From contig JAKSVZ010000007.1 in assembly GCA_024407725.1 (NCBI GenBank), positions 1 to 32,000 on the forward strand: a stretch of DNA of 32,000 nucleotides, given 5' to 3'. Made by a program: the position numbers and the translations under genes. The notes beneath the pieces are model-generated. The model was not told where the DNA came from. It ran no database searches and saw nothing but the letters and a program-made list of their open reading frames with translations. Positions 1 through 9,257 of this stretch are shown here, piece after piece. The DNA comes from Opitutales bacterium (GTDB lineage Bacteria; Verrucomicrobiota; Verrucomicrobiia; Opitutales; UBA9783). Numbering within the stretch: position 1 is the stretch's first letter; each line of letters starts with the position of its first letter.

Positions 1-67
1 ATTCCAACATCAGTCCTGACAGTACTCTTGCTGATGTACTGAATCTTACCGCAAAGTCAAATGAAGA

Positions 68-1501
68 CTATGTCTTTGACGGCTGGTTTAAAAAAATCAC
101 CATACCGTCATAGCGGCCATCAGGAATTAACACGTTTGCACCATGCCCTAGGACAAAAAAGTCCAAACCGATCGATTGGCATTGATGCAAAACCCCTTGC
201 AGCTCCGACAAATCCTTGGGTTCGCAGGCAAACAAAGCTTCCCCTCCAATATGCATCCGTGAAGCTTGTTTCAAGGATACATGCGTACGCACCTCGACCG
301 GTTTAAAGCGCTCAACCACCAACCGCGTCCATTGTTCTACCCAATGGCGCGCATAGGTATCAATTTTTCCAGCCCCTACAAATGCCAAAGTCGCGGGTTG
401 TTGCACCTCAAGCCAATCGGCAGGGATTAAATCCTGAATGCGCCCCGCATGAGGCAAGGATTCTTGCAACGAAGCATCGCAATGCGTATCCACTTCAAAG
501 GCTTCATAAAGCGGATGTAAATAAAGGCGCGGGCATTGGTTTAATAGCGCTACAAATTCCTTAAAAAAGCACTGCAAGCGCGAAGCCCGATGCGGTTCAA
601 ACGCAACCGTCCATTGAGCCTTATCCGCCGTTAATTTTTGCAGAAGCGCTTTTAATTCGTTCGGATGGTGCGCATAATCCGATAAAACGGTCAGCTTTTT
701 GGTTTTCAACAATACCTCTTGGCGGCGCCTTACGCCCGGAAACGTATCTAAATCCAAATGAATGGCCGATTGTTGGGTTAAGTACTGAAATGCTTGAGAC
801 GCGGCAGACGCATCCAAACCCAATAACGTAGAAGCGCTAGGTATTGCCGTTTGCTTCGAGGCTGGCAAACCAAAGGATTCATTGGAAATTACCTGTTCTT
901 TTGTACGGCTGGCTAACGACGCAAACGCTTGTTTGTATGAAGCTTCCGTAGGATAATGCCGCGGATGATCCCAATCGGTATTTAAAATCACCGCTACATC
1001 AGGCGAAAACAAATCGATTGTGCCATCGCTTTCATCCAATTCGAATAAAGTAACAGCCCCCGAATGCTTTCCGCACGCAACGGGATAATAATCCATCTGA
1101 AATTCTGCCCCTGCTATATAATTAACCGGCAACTGGTGGCGTTGAAATAAATGGATTAAGTAAGCAGTAGTGGTTGATTTTCCATGGCTCCCACAAACCA
1201 CACACAAACGCTGATCTTTGAGCAAATGCGCTACAAAAGCTCCGCGTTGGTAACAGGTGCAACGCTGTTCTGCCGCAACACGCCGCGGATCTTTTTCTTC
1301 AATCGCGGAAGAATAGACGCACAGATCACAATTTGGCGGAACACTCGCAGTCCATTGAATGAACGACAGCTTAGCTTTGCGTTCATCCGAAGCAAAATCA
1401 TCCCAACCAAAAACCGTATGCCCTTGATCTGATAAATATTTGGCTAGCGGAGCCATTCCCATTCCGCCCGCACCCAACAGATAAATGCACGACCGTTGCA
1501 T
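68..1501 (-). CDS. murC: UDP-N-acetylmuramate--L-alanine ligase MurC with a C-terminal MurB-like (FAD-binding N-terminus) extension. The ORF ends at an in-frame TAG (68-70), but the frame stays open to position 1.
   Basis: 477-aa ORF with an ATG start at 1501. It has an N-terminal GAGGMGM dinucleotide-fold motif, the Mur-ligase P-loop CGSHGKSTTT, and the C-domain motifs DYAHHP and EPHRASR. The last ~75 aa (VSLKQASRMHIGGEA...VLGHGANVLIPDGRYDGMVIFL) follow the pattern of the MurB N-terminus. Confidence 0.85.
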   Translation of the reverse strand: MQRSCIYLLGAGGMGMAPLAKYLSDQGHTVFGWDDFASDERKAKLSFIQWTASVPPNCDLCVYSSAIEEKDPRRVAAEQRCTCYQRGAFVAHLLKDQRLCVVCGSHGKSTTTAYLIHLFQRHQLPVNYIAGAEFQMDYYPVACGKHSGAVTLFELDESDGTIDLFSPDVAVILNTDWDHPRHYPTEASYKQAFASLASRTKEQVISNESFGLPASKQTAIPSASTLLGLDASAASQAFQYLTQQSAIHLDLDTFPGVRRRQEVLLKTKKLTVLSDYAHHPNELKALLQKLTADKAQWTVAFEPHRASRLQCFFKEFVALLNQCPRLYLHPLYEAFEVDTHCDASLQESLPHAGRIQDLIPADWLEVQQPATLAFVGAGKIDTYARHWVEQWTRLVVERFKPVEVRTHVSLKQASRMHIGGEALFACEPKDLSELQGVLHQCQSIGLDFFVLGHGANVLIPDGRYDGMVIFLNQPSKT

Positions 1502-1511
1502 ACACCCTTTA

Positions 1512-2525
1512 TTATTTTATCGTATCCAATTTTAAATTTGGATTCAAAGCAAGTTCTGCTGAAACTTGAGCACCCGCAAACGCAATCATGGCCGCATTAT
1601 CCCCACAATAGCGCTTAGGTGGGGTTACAAATGGAATACCGTAATGCTCAGCCACCTGCTGCAATCGATTGCGCAAAACGCTATTGTTTGCAACGCCTCC
1701 TGACAAACCTAAGCTTTTATAATCGCCTATCGACAACACCTGTTGTACTTTATGGGACAACGCATCCACAACCGCCTCTTGATAAGCAGCACAGATATCC
1801 GCTTTATGCTGTTCAACTTCATCGGCAGATAATTTATCCAAAAATACGCGTAAACTCGTCTTTAAACCGGAAAAACTAAACTTCAAATCTGATTTATTTG
1901 GGAATGCGCGTGGAAAGCGAACCCATTGGGCATCGCCCGATTGCCCACAGCGTTCGATCAACGCCCCTCCGGGGTAAGGGAATCCTAGCATCTTAGCCCC
2001 CTTATCCAACGCTTCACCAGCCGCATCATCCACCGTTTGCGCTAAGGTACGGAATTGACCCACCGATGGCATTTCGAACAACAAGGTATTGCCGCCTGAA
2101 ACCAACAGCCCTAAATGCGGACAATACGTATTCCAATTAAAATCAGCATCTGCCTGAAATGGATCTAAAAACGGTGATAATGCATGCCCATGCAAATGGT
2201 TAACGCCATACAGCGGTACATTCAGCAACAATTGCAAGGCTTGCGCATAAGCAACCCCAATTCCCAAACATCCGACCAAACCGGGGCCATGAGTCACGCA
2301 CACTGCATCGATACGCGATAAATCGTAGGACTGGCGCAGCGACTCAATCAGCTGATGAAAGCCCTTTAAATGCTCGCGAATAGCCAACCCTGGAACTACA
2401 CCCCCATAGGGTCCATGCAACTCGACTTGCGTTAAGATTTGCTCGTATTCAACGCTGTGCTGTTCAGTATCCCAAATAGCAACAGCGGTTTCATCACACG
2501 AGCTCTCTAACGCTAAATAACGCAT
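1512..2525 (-). CDS. tsaD: tRNA N6-adenosine threonylcarbamoyltransferase TsaD (Gcp/Kae1 family)
   Basis: 337 aa. N-terminus LALESSCDETAVAI, plus the HLHGH metal-binding motif, VSGGNT and SGGVANN motifs typical of TsaD. ATG start. Confidence 0.93.
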   Translation of the reverse strand: MRYLALESSCDETAVAIWDTEQHSVEYEQILTQVELHGPYGGVVPGLAIREHLKGFHQLIESLRQSYDLSRIDAVCVTHGPGLVGCLGIGVAYAQALQLLLNVPLYGVNHLHGHALSPFLDPFQADADFNWNTYCPHLGLLVSGGNTLLFEMPSVGQFRTLAQTVDDAAGEALDKGAKMLGFPYPGGALIERCGQSGDAQWVRFPRAFPNKSDLKFSFSGLKTSLRVFLDKLSADEVEQHKADICAAYQEAVVDALSHKVQQVLSIGDYKSLGLSGGVANNSVLRNRLQQVAEHYGIPFVTPPKRYCGDNAAMIAFAGAQVSAELALNPNLKLDTIK

Positions 2526-3022
2526 TTATTTTGCGCTTCTAAGATCGCATCACACAATTCACGAACGGCACCCCGTCCTCCATTGTGTTCAGCGATAAAA
2601 TTACAGATAGCCTTAACTTGTGGGATGGCATCATTGGGGCACGCCGCACAACCTACCTCTTTCAATACAGGTATATCAATGTACTCATCACCCATATAAG
2701 CCACCTCAGAAGGGCTTAAGGATAAATCCTTGATAAATTGATTAAAAACAGGCAGTTTTTCCCTAACTTCAGCAAATACATGAGGAATACTTAAAGCTTT
2801 GGCGCGCTGCATAATAATAGGAGAACGTCCGCCGCTGAGCAAGGCCACATGATAACCCATAGCCACCATACGCATGAGGATATAACCATCCTTTGTGTTA
2901 AAGACTTTTGTGCATTCTCCATTTTCCCCAAAATAGATTGCTCCATCCGTCAACACTCCATCGACATCTAAAACAATACAACGAATTTTGGACAAAACAG
3001 CTTTCAAAGGGTCTTGAATCAT
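2513..3022 (-). CDS. kdsC: 3-deoxy-D-manno-octulosonate 8-phosphate phosphatase (KdsC, HAD superfamily)
   Basis: 169 aa. HAD motif I is VLDVDGVLTDG, followed by FNTKDG and GDEYIDIP (motif IV). Size and motif order match KdsC. It overlaps the tsaD start by 13 nt. Confidence 0.8.
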   Translation of the reverse strand: MIQDPLKAVLSKIRCIVLDVDGVLTDGAIYFGENGECTKVFNTKDGYILMRMVAMGYHVALLSGGRSPIIMQRAKALSIPHVFAEVREKLPVFNQFIKDLSLSPSEVAYMGDEYIDIPVLKEVGCAACPNDAIPQVKAICNFIAEHNGGRGAVRELCDAILEAQNKCVI

Positions 3023-3117
3023 AAATTACTAACCTAATATTTGTTTAGTATTAAAGGCTGGAAGGTGTAAAAAGCAACTTGAATTGTTAGGGTATTTTTT
3101 TTAAGCTCACTGTCATC

Positions 3118-4431
3118 ATGAGCAATCTATTACTGAATCCCATACTCATCGCAATCGGGGTACTGTATGTTTTGTGCTTAAAAAAGTTTAATGTTCTTGT
3201 GTCGTTGTTGATTGCGGCATTGCTCGCAGGTTCATGCTCTGGCCTGTCCCTAAAGCATACCATGGATCTATTTATTCAAGGCATGGGAGATAATGCAGAA
3301 ACAAGCCTCAGTTATATTTTGCTCGGAGCCCTAGCAGCTGCCATGATTCAAACTGGCTTTTCATCCGCGTTATCGCAGGTATTAACCCGATGGATCGGTA
3401 ATAAAAAATTCCTGTTGTTCATTATTTTGACGTGCTTGTCCATGTCATCCCAAAATATTTTGCCCATCCACATTGCGTTTATCCCCATGGTGATTCCGCC
3501 ACTGCTTTCGCTGATGAATCAATTAACAATTGATCGGCGCGCAATTGCCTGCATTTTATCGTTCGGATTGGTAGCCCCGTATATCTCCATACCGGCAGGA
3601 TTCGGATTGATTTTCCAAAAACTCATTTTGGATAACCTTCGCAAAAACGGCATCGAAACCACCTACGGCGCCAATTGGCACTGTTTTGCAATCCTAGGAG
3701 CCTCCATGGTTGTCGGATTACTCATTGCCATTTTCATTTCTTACAAAAAGCCCCGTACTTATACCCCTAAAGCGTTAACTATTTCTGCAGAAAAACCAGA
3801 AAAACTCACCAAAGGGAAAAGTATCGCATTAATCAGCGCTATTGTTGGAACGTTTGCGGTTCAATTAACAACGCACTCCCTACCCTTAGGAGCTATTTTA
3901 GGGCTCGGGATGCTCTTTGTATTCAAAGCTGTATCGCGCAAACATTTAGACAAAATGATCAATGACGGCATCATCAGCATGGGATTTATCGCTTTCGTCA
4001 TGTTAGCAGCTGCGGGGTTTGCCAATGTCTTAAAGGAAACCCATAGCGTCGATCGTTTGGTCAACGACCTACTGCCGTTATTGCCTCACAGCAAGGCTAT
4101 CAGCGCCGCACTCATTTTAACCATCGGCTTGGTCATTACCTTGGGCATCGGTTCATCCTTCGGAACCATCCCCATCATCGCTACCATCTTCGTTCCTTTG
4201 TGCGTACAACTCAATTATTCGGTACCGGAAATCGTTATTTTAATTGCTTCTGCAGCTGCTTTAGGAGATGCGGGTGCTCCTGTATCTGAATCGGCATTGG
4301 GACCCACAACCGGTCTTGCTATCGATGGGCAACACGACCACATTTGGGATACCTGCGTCCCTACCTTCTTACACTACAACATTCCGTTGTTCGTAAGCGC
4401 CTTACTGGCCGTCATGTTTGGCTGGGTTTAA
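3118..4431 (+). CDS. Polytopic membrane transporter, YuiF/NhaC-like (Na+/H+ antiporter-fold, putative amino-acid or ion transporter)
   Basis: 437 aa, hydrophobic throughout with more than 10 predicted helices. The C-terminal block GDAGAPVSESALGPTTGLAIDGQHDHIWDTCVPTFLHYNIP resembles the YuiF/HisP-type NhaC_C family from memory. The substrate is not inferable. Confidence 0.6.
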   Translation: MSNLLLNPILIAIGVLYVLCLKKFNVLVSLLIAALLAGSCSGLSLKHTMDLFIQGMGDNAETSLSYILLGALAAAMIQTGFSSALSQVLTRWIGNKKFLLFIILTCLSMSSQNILPIHIAFIPMVIPPLLSLMNQLTIDRRAIACILSFGLVAPYISIPAGFGLIFQKLILDNLRKNGIETTYGANWHCFAILGASMVVGLLIAIFISYKKPRTYTPKALTISAEKPEKLTKGKSIALISAIVGTFAVQLTTHSLPLGAILGLGMLFVFKAVSRKHLDKMINDGIISMGFIAFVMLAAAGFANVLKETHSVDRLVNDLLPLLPHSKAISAALILTIGLVITLGIGSSFGTIPIIATIFVPLCVQLNYSVPEIVILIASAAALGDAGAPVSESALGPTTGLAIDGQHDHIWDTCVPTFLHYNIPLFVSALLAVMFGWV

Positions 4432-4998
4432 AAACACATCCGGAGTACCGGTGGTACGCCAAAGAAAATCTGCTGTTAGCAATGGCAAAATGGCGTCAAA
4501 AGACAGCTGAGCCACTGGTAATTCCTTCGGTAAGCACGGATGCGGCAACCACAGCGCTTGTTGCAATTCCGACTCAGACGGCGTATGCAATTCATCCCTA
4601 GAATGCCTTACGCACAAGCGTTCCATTAAATTGATGCGCGCACATACGGGGCGCTGAATATGCTGCTGTTCCAAAGCATAACTAACGGCATGCAACGTAT
4701 CGCAGCTATACACCTGATCGGCATTGATTTTTCCTAATGCTAAAGCGGTGCGGATAAAGGCACAAAAGGCACGAATTCCCATGGTAGACCCAGGGCCATT
4801 CAGCAAAAAAATCCTAACGCTTTCCCAATGGATACGCGAAGTACACTCCTGTAAGGCTTGAAACAAGCAATGGGTAATGGGACTATCCCCCTGTTGGGTA
4901 TAAATCCACTTCTGGCCTTGCGCTAATCCGATACAAAAGTCCGAAAATCCTGAGGATAAGAACAAGTTTTCAGGAAGCAAATCGCCAGAATGCATCAT
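4402..4998 (-). CDS. tsaB: TsaB (YeaZ)-like tRNA threonylcarbamoyladenosine biosynthesis protein, divergent
   Basis: 198 aa. NGPGSTMGIRAFCAFIRTALAL aligns with the TsaB GPGSFTGxRIG...A.GLAL core. The N-terminus is atypical. The 3' end overlaps the convergent transporter gene by 30 nt. Confidence 0.5.
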   Translation of the reverse strand: MMHSGDLLPENLFLSSGFSDFCIGLAQGQKWIYTQQGDSPITHCLFQALQECTSRIHWESVRIFLLNGPGSTMGIRAFCAFIRTALALGKINADQVYSCDTLHAVSYALEQQHIQRPVCARINLMERLCVRHSRDELHTPSESELQQALWLPHPCLPKELPVAQLSFDAILPLLTADFLWRTTGTPDVFLNPAKHDGQ

Positions 4999-5023
4999 AT
5001 AAAGCTTCGCCTCGATTAACCCA

Positions 5024-6052
5024 TCAAGGATTTTCTGCCGGTACTTCCTCCGGCTGTGCCTTGGAATGCGACATAAAATGCTGAAATAGATAATCCTTCA
5101 GCTCGGTTAACCCCTCACCGGTTTTGCAGGAAATCGGCAACACCTCAACCTTAACCGCTCGCTTAAAAGCAGCTAAATTAGCTTCAAAATCCGGCAAATC
5201 GAGCTTGTTAGCCACCACAATAAATGGCTTATCCGCTAGATTTTTTCCGTAACACATCAACTCTTTACGCAAAATTTTAAAATCATCAATCGGGTTACGC
5301 GCTTCGCTTCCAGCCATATCCAAAAGCATAACCAACGCCTGGCAGCGCTCGATATGACGCAAAAATTGATACCCCAAACCTTTATTGTGGCTGGCGCCCT
5401 CAATAAGACCGGGAATATCGGCTAAAAACAAATAGCGATAATGGGAACCTGTTAATACCCCGACGCTCGGATTAATGGTGGTAAACGGATAATGAGCGAC
5501 CTTCGGTTGTGCACGCGTTAAACAACTGATGAGCGACGACTTGCCCGCGTTTGGGAATCCAACCAACCCTACATCAGCAATCGTTTTTAGCACCAACTTA
5601 AACCGTCCCTCTTCACCCGGTTCCCCTGGGGTAGTTTGGCGCGGCGCGCGATTAACTGAGTTTTTAAAATGTAAATTGCCTAAGCCCCCTTTGCCGCCTT
5701 TTAAAATAACCACGCGGCTATTAACTTCCAAGACTTCGGTTACCAAGCGCTGGGTAGCAATATCCCACACTTGGGTTCCCGGCGGCACCGATAAGATACA
5801 GTCCTCGCCCCCGCGCCCATAGCAGTCCGAACCCATACCATTTTGGCCATTTTGAGCTTCTGCATGCGGTTTATAGCTAAAATCCTGCAGGTCATTCACA
5901 TGGGGAGAACATACCAAAATAACATCTCCGCCCTTGCCGCCATCACCGCCATCGGGGCCACCCATTGGAATATACTTCCCTCGGTAGAAACTACAGCATC
6001 CGTTTCCCCCGTGCCCCGCTTTCCAAATTACTTCAACTTCATCAACAAACAT
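5024..6052 (-). CDS. obg: GTPase Obg/CgtA
   Basis: 342 aa. The glycine-rich Obg fold is MFVDEVEVIWKAGHGGNGCCSFYRGKYIPMGGPDGGDGGKGGDV. G1 is GFPNAGKSS, G3 is DIPGLIEGA and G4 is NKLD. Confidence 0.95.
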   Translation of the reverse strand: MFVDEVEVIWKAGHGGNGCCSFYRGKYIPMGGPDGGDGGKGGDVILVCSPHVNDLQDFSYKPHAEAQNGQNGMGSDCYGRGGEDCILSVPPGTQVWDIATQRLVTEVLEVNSRVVILKGGKGGLGNLHFKNSVNRAPRQTTPGEPGEEGRFKLVLKTIADVGLVGFPNAGKSSLISCLTRAQPKVAHYPFTTINPSVGVLTGSHYRYLFLADIPGLIEGASHNKGLGYQFLRHIERCQALVMLLDMAGSEARNPIDDFKILRKELMCYGKNLADKPFIVVANKLDLPDFEANLAAFKRAVKVEVLPISCKTGEGLTELKDYLFQHFMSHSKAQPEEVPAENP

Positions 6053-6054
6053 GG

Positions 6055-6657
6055 TTATTTCAACCCATGCGTAATAATTTCATCCGCTAAACCGTACGCA
6101 ATCGCTTCTTTCGCATTGAGATAAAAATCTCGATCCGTATCGCGCGTAATCTTTTCAATACTCTGACCCGAAGCATTCGCTAAAATTTGATTTAACTCTG
6201 CACGCGATTTTTCCATCTCTTGCGCTTGAATATGAATATCCACCGCTGAGGCTTCAATATGCCCCATAATTAACGGCTGGTGAATCAAAACGCGCGCATG
6301 AGGATATAAGAAACGGTAACCTTTCTTTGCACCACACAACAAAATAGAACCCATACTGGCGGCCAATCCCATAACAACCACGGAAATAGGCGACGATACT
6401 AACTGCATGGTATCATAAATAGCCATACCTGCTGTAATAGACCCACCCGGAGTATCGATGTAAAACGTGATAGGAGCGCCTGGTTTTTGCAGCTCTAAAT
6501 AAATAAGTTTTTCAGTAATATCCTTCGCCGAACGATCCGTTACTTCACCCCACAAAAAAATTTTTCGCTCTTGTAAGAAATGCTTCTCGATTAGCGTTGA
6601 AATAGGTTTTTCTACCGATTGTTCGTCTTCACCTGCCGTCATACTTTCATAAAGCAA
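6055..6657 (-). CDS. clpP: ATP-dependent Clp protease proteolytic subunit ClpP
   Basis: Ser-His-Asp triad context is GLAASMGS, LIHQP and DTDRDFYL, with TPGGSITAGMAIYD also present. The track start at 6657 is a TTG. The first ATG is at 6642 (MTAGEDE...) and may be the real start. The stop codon lies 2 nt upstream of the obg ATG. Confidence 0.93.
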   Translation of the reverse strand: MLYESMTAGEDEQSVEKPISTLIEKHFLQERKIFLWGEVTDRSAKDITEKLIYLELQKPGAPITFYIDTPGGSITAGMAIYDTMQLVSSPISVVVMGLAASMGSILLCGAKKGYRFLYPHARVLIHQPLIMGHIEASAVDIHIQAQEMEKSRAELNQILANASGQSIEKITRDTDRDFYLNAKEAIAYGLADEIITHGLK

Positions 6658-6758
6658 ATTACAAAAATAAATAGCAACCTAAAATACAAAATCTATTCGG
6701 TAGAAATGGGATTTAAAAGTTGTATTAAAAGCAATTTATAGATAACGTAACAATTGTT

Positions 6759-7751
6759 ATGCGCGATCTGTTTCAAATTTGCTTAAAATGCCTCAAGGAG
6801 CTGATTAAATCCATTTCTCCTTTGCTCTATTTATGCAATAAATTATCCCTTAAAAAAACCGGATGGCTATTGGATTATCGCTTGAAACCTCAATGGGTGC
6901 GTGAATACATCGACTTTTTAAACAACCATCATTCATCTTTGCAAATCCATTTTTTGGACATTGGTTCTCGGGAAGGCATTGAAGACAGTGGGATTTTTTC
7001 TAGCCTACAATGGTTAAATAACAAAATTACGTATGGTGTTGAACCCGACCCAGAAGAAGCCGAGCGTCTCATCCAAAAGCATGCCTATGACAAAATTTAC
7101 TCGGATGCCATAGCAGGTTACACGGGAGAAGGTACCTTATATATCCCCGAACCAACTCCTGCCTTCGCTTCTCTAGGCATTGAATTAGAAAACCTGAAAT
7201 CTTTACATCTTTCCTGCGCTTCTTTTTGCGAACCTATGAAATGCGTTCCGGTAAAGGTCAAAAAAATGAGCGAAGCAATTGGTTCGCAAACCTTCGATTT
7301 TATCAAATTAGATATTCATGGCGCTGAATATGGCGCCCTAGCATCCTTAGACGATTCTTTTTTCGAAAAAGCCCTCTGTTTTCATATTGAAACTAGTGCT
7401 ATTCACTTCTTTAAAAGTGAACACTTAATGGGCGATTTGCTTAATTTTATGCACAGCAAAGGCTTTATTCCTTTGTATACCGAACCCCTGCCATTTGATG
7501 GAATTGACATGTGGTACAATGTTACCTTCATTCAAAACCCAGTCAAAATGACCACACTGGAACAATGCCTAAAACATTGTCTCGTTGGATTCATGACCAA
7601 TAAACCGCATTATGTTGCCTATATCCTAAGACTATATCAGGAAAAATTTGGAATCACACCCGAGCTTGATCCTATTTTCAAACTCCTACGCTCTCCAAAA
7701 ATCCCTCCTTTCTTTTACGAAAAGAAATTCGGCACCCCAAAAGGTGCTTAA
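6759..7751 (+). CDS. FkbM-family (Methyltransf_21-like) methyltransferase, paralogue 1
   Basis: 330 aa. Motifs are FLDIGSREG (SAM-binding glycine loop position), YGVEPDPEEAERL, GTLYIP and FDFIKLDIHGAEYGAL (the FkbM-type IDxLKIDVEGAE motif). It is collinear with the ORF at 14685-15617. Confidence 0.6.
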   Translation: MRDLFQICLKCLKELIKSISPLLYLCNKLSLKKTGWLLDYRLKPQWVREYIDFLNNHHSSLQIHFLDIGSREGIEDSGIFSSLQWLNNKITYGVEPDPEEAERLIQKHAYDKIYSDAIAGYTGEGTLYIPEPTPAFASLGIELENLKSLHLSCASFCEPMKCVPVKVKKMSEAIGSQTFDFIKLDIHGAEYGALASLDDSFFEKALCFHIETSAIHFFKSEHLMGDLLNFMHSKGFIPLYTEPLPFDGIDMWYNVTFIQNPVKMTTLEQCLKHCLVGFMTNKPHYVAYILRLYQEKFGITPELDPIFKLLRSPKIPPFFYEKKFGTPKGA

Positions 7752-7770
7752 TCTCTAACCATCGATAAGG

Positions 7771-9123
7771 TTAGTGCTGATCGGCAGCGTACTCCTTGAG
7801 TTTATTGCTCAACGTACGAGTAGTGATGTTTAAAATCGATGCTGCGCGTGTTCGGTTGCCTTTTGTATTTTCCAAAACCCGCAAAATATGGCGTTTTTCA
7901 ACCTCATTCAGCGGTAACAGCTCACATACGTCGTTATCCTTTGTAGTAGCAGTTCCGGCATTAATATTTAACATTTTGGGTTCAATACTCGGAGAGCCGT
8001 TGGACAAAATAACCGCGCGTTCAACCACGTTTTGCAATTCTCGAACATTATCCGGCCAACTGTACGCCATTAATGCTTGTTTAGCGGCATCAGAAAAGCC
8101 ATTCAAAGGAATTCCGTACTTTTTCTGATACCGATTCAAAAAATCATTCGCCAATAACAAAACATCTCCCCCGCGTTCCCTCAAAGGCGGAACATGGATA
8201 GGGAATACGTTTAAGCGATAGAACAAATCTTCACGGAACTTACCTGCTTTGATCGCATGATGTAAGTCTTGATTCGTAGAAGCCAACACGCGGACATTCA
8301 ACGTAATGCTTTCAGAACCCCCAACGCGCTCACATTTCTTTTCTTGCAGCACGCGCAACAATTTTGCCTGTAAGTTTGGAGAAACTTCCCCGATTTCATC
8401 GAGCAAAATCGTCCCATTGTTCGCCAATTCAAAGCGCCCTATCCGCCGTTGCAAGGCATGGGTAAACGCTCCACGTTCATGGCCAAAAAACTCGCTTTCA
8501 ATGAGATTTTCGGGAATAGCAGCACAGTTAACGGTTACATATGGCTTGTCGCATAAATGGCTCTGTTTGTAAATCTCGTACGCAACCACTTCCTTACCCG
8601 TTCCATTTTCACCAGTAATTAACACGGTTGCATCGGTTGAAGCTACTTTTTGGATCAAGGAACGAACGGTCTTAATCGCTTCACATTCGCCCAACAAACA
8701 GTTATCTTCGTCACGGCTTGAGAAGAAATGATTGACCTGCGATAGGTGTCGATAAACCTCCGCCTTTTTCAACACCATATCCACTTCGGATAAGGAAAAT
8801 GGCTTTAAAATGCAGTCGAACGCGCCCGCTTTTAAGCAACTAACACCCAAATCAATGAATTTATAATCCAGTACAACCGCAATCAACGGTTTTTCGTTCG
8901 TAGCCGGTACCTCATTGAGATCACTCAAGAGATCGATTCCTTGCCCATCGGGGAAATGCGTACCGAGAAAAACCAAATCGAAATCATCCTGATGCACGCA
9001 CAATTTAGCTTTCGATAAGGTGGAAACACAAACGGTTTTACAGCGATAATGTTGCAATTGTTCCTGCAACGCTTTTTGAACCGAAGGCTCATTATTTGCT
9101 ATTAGAATTTTCTCAATTCGCAT
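7771..9123 (-). CDS. Sigma-54-dependent transcriptional activator (NtrC-family bEBP) with a degenerate receiver domain
   Basis: The AAA+ core has Walker A GENGTGKE, Walker B ILLDEIGE and a GAFTGA-loop variant, GAFTHA. There is a C-terminal Fis-type HTH, TRAASILNITTRTLSNKLKEY. The start is taken at ATG 9123 (MRIEKILIANNE...) rather than the track's upstream alternative start at 9207, whose 28 extra residues do not look like part of a receiver domain. Confidence 0.88.
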   Translation of the reverse strand: MRIEKILIANNEPSVQKALQEQLQHYRCKTVCVSTLSKAKLCVHQDDFDLVFLGTHFPDGQGIDLLSDLNEVPATNEKPLIAVVLDYKFIDLGVSCLKAGAFDCILKPFSLSEVDMVLKKAEVYRHLSQVNHFFSSRDEDNCLLGECEAIKTVRSLIQKVASTDATVLITGENGTGKEVVAYEIYKQSHLCDKPYVTVNCAAIPENLIESEFFGHERGAFTHALQRRIGRFELANNGTILLDEIGEVSPNLQAKLLRVLQEKKCERVGGSESITLNVRVLASTNQDLHHAIKAGKFREDLFYRLNVFPIHVPPLRERGGDVLLLANDFLNRYQKKYGIPLNGFSDAAKQALMAYSWPDNVRELQNVVERAVILSNGSPSIEPKMLNINAGTATTKDNDVCELLPLNEVEKRHILRVLENTKGNRTRAASILNITTRTLSNKLKEYAADQH

Positions 9124-9257
9124 AATGAGGATTAAAAATAGTATAGCTGTTTTACGTAACAAAATCAATGAAAACAACCCACCTAACCCATTTAAGCGTC
9201 CCAGCACTCATTGATAAAATATTGCCTGATTACCCTTAATTCCTGTACTTTTTAAGC

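Noticed and set aside
3675-3690. A sigma-54 promoter-like sequence, TTGGCACTGTTTTGCA. It is noteworthy because a sigma-54 activator is encoded in the window.
   Set aside because: By my count there are 9 nt, not 10, between the GG and GC dinucleotides. The site is also deep inside the transporter coding sequence with no downstream gene start. Most likely a chance match.
4402-4431. A 30-nt convergent overlap between the 3' ends of the transporter gene and the tsaB-like gene.
   Set aside because: Short convergent overlaps are common in compact genomes. There is no structure or repeat in the overlap, and the true tsaB-like stop and extent are themselves only moderately certain.
6748-6759. A perfect 12-bp palindrome, TAACAATTGTTA, that ends on the A of the FkbM-like paralogue 1 start codon.
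   Set aside because: It is AT-rich, short and unique in the window, and is absent upstream of paralogue 2. It could be an operator, but chance occurrence in an AT-rich leader is at least as likely.
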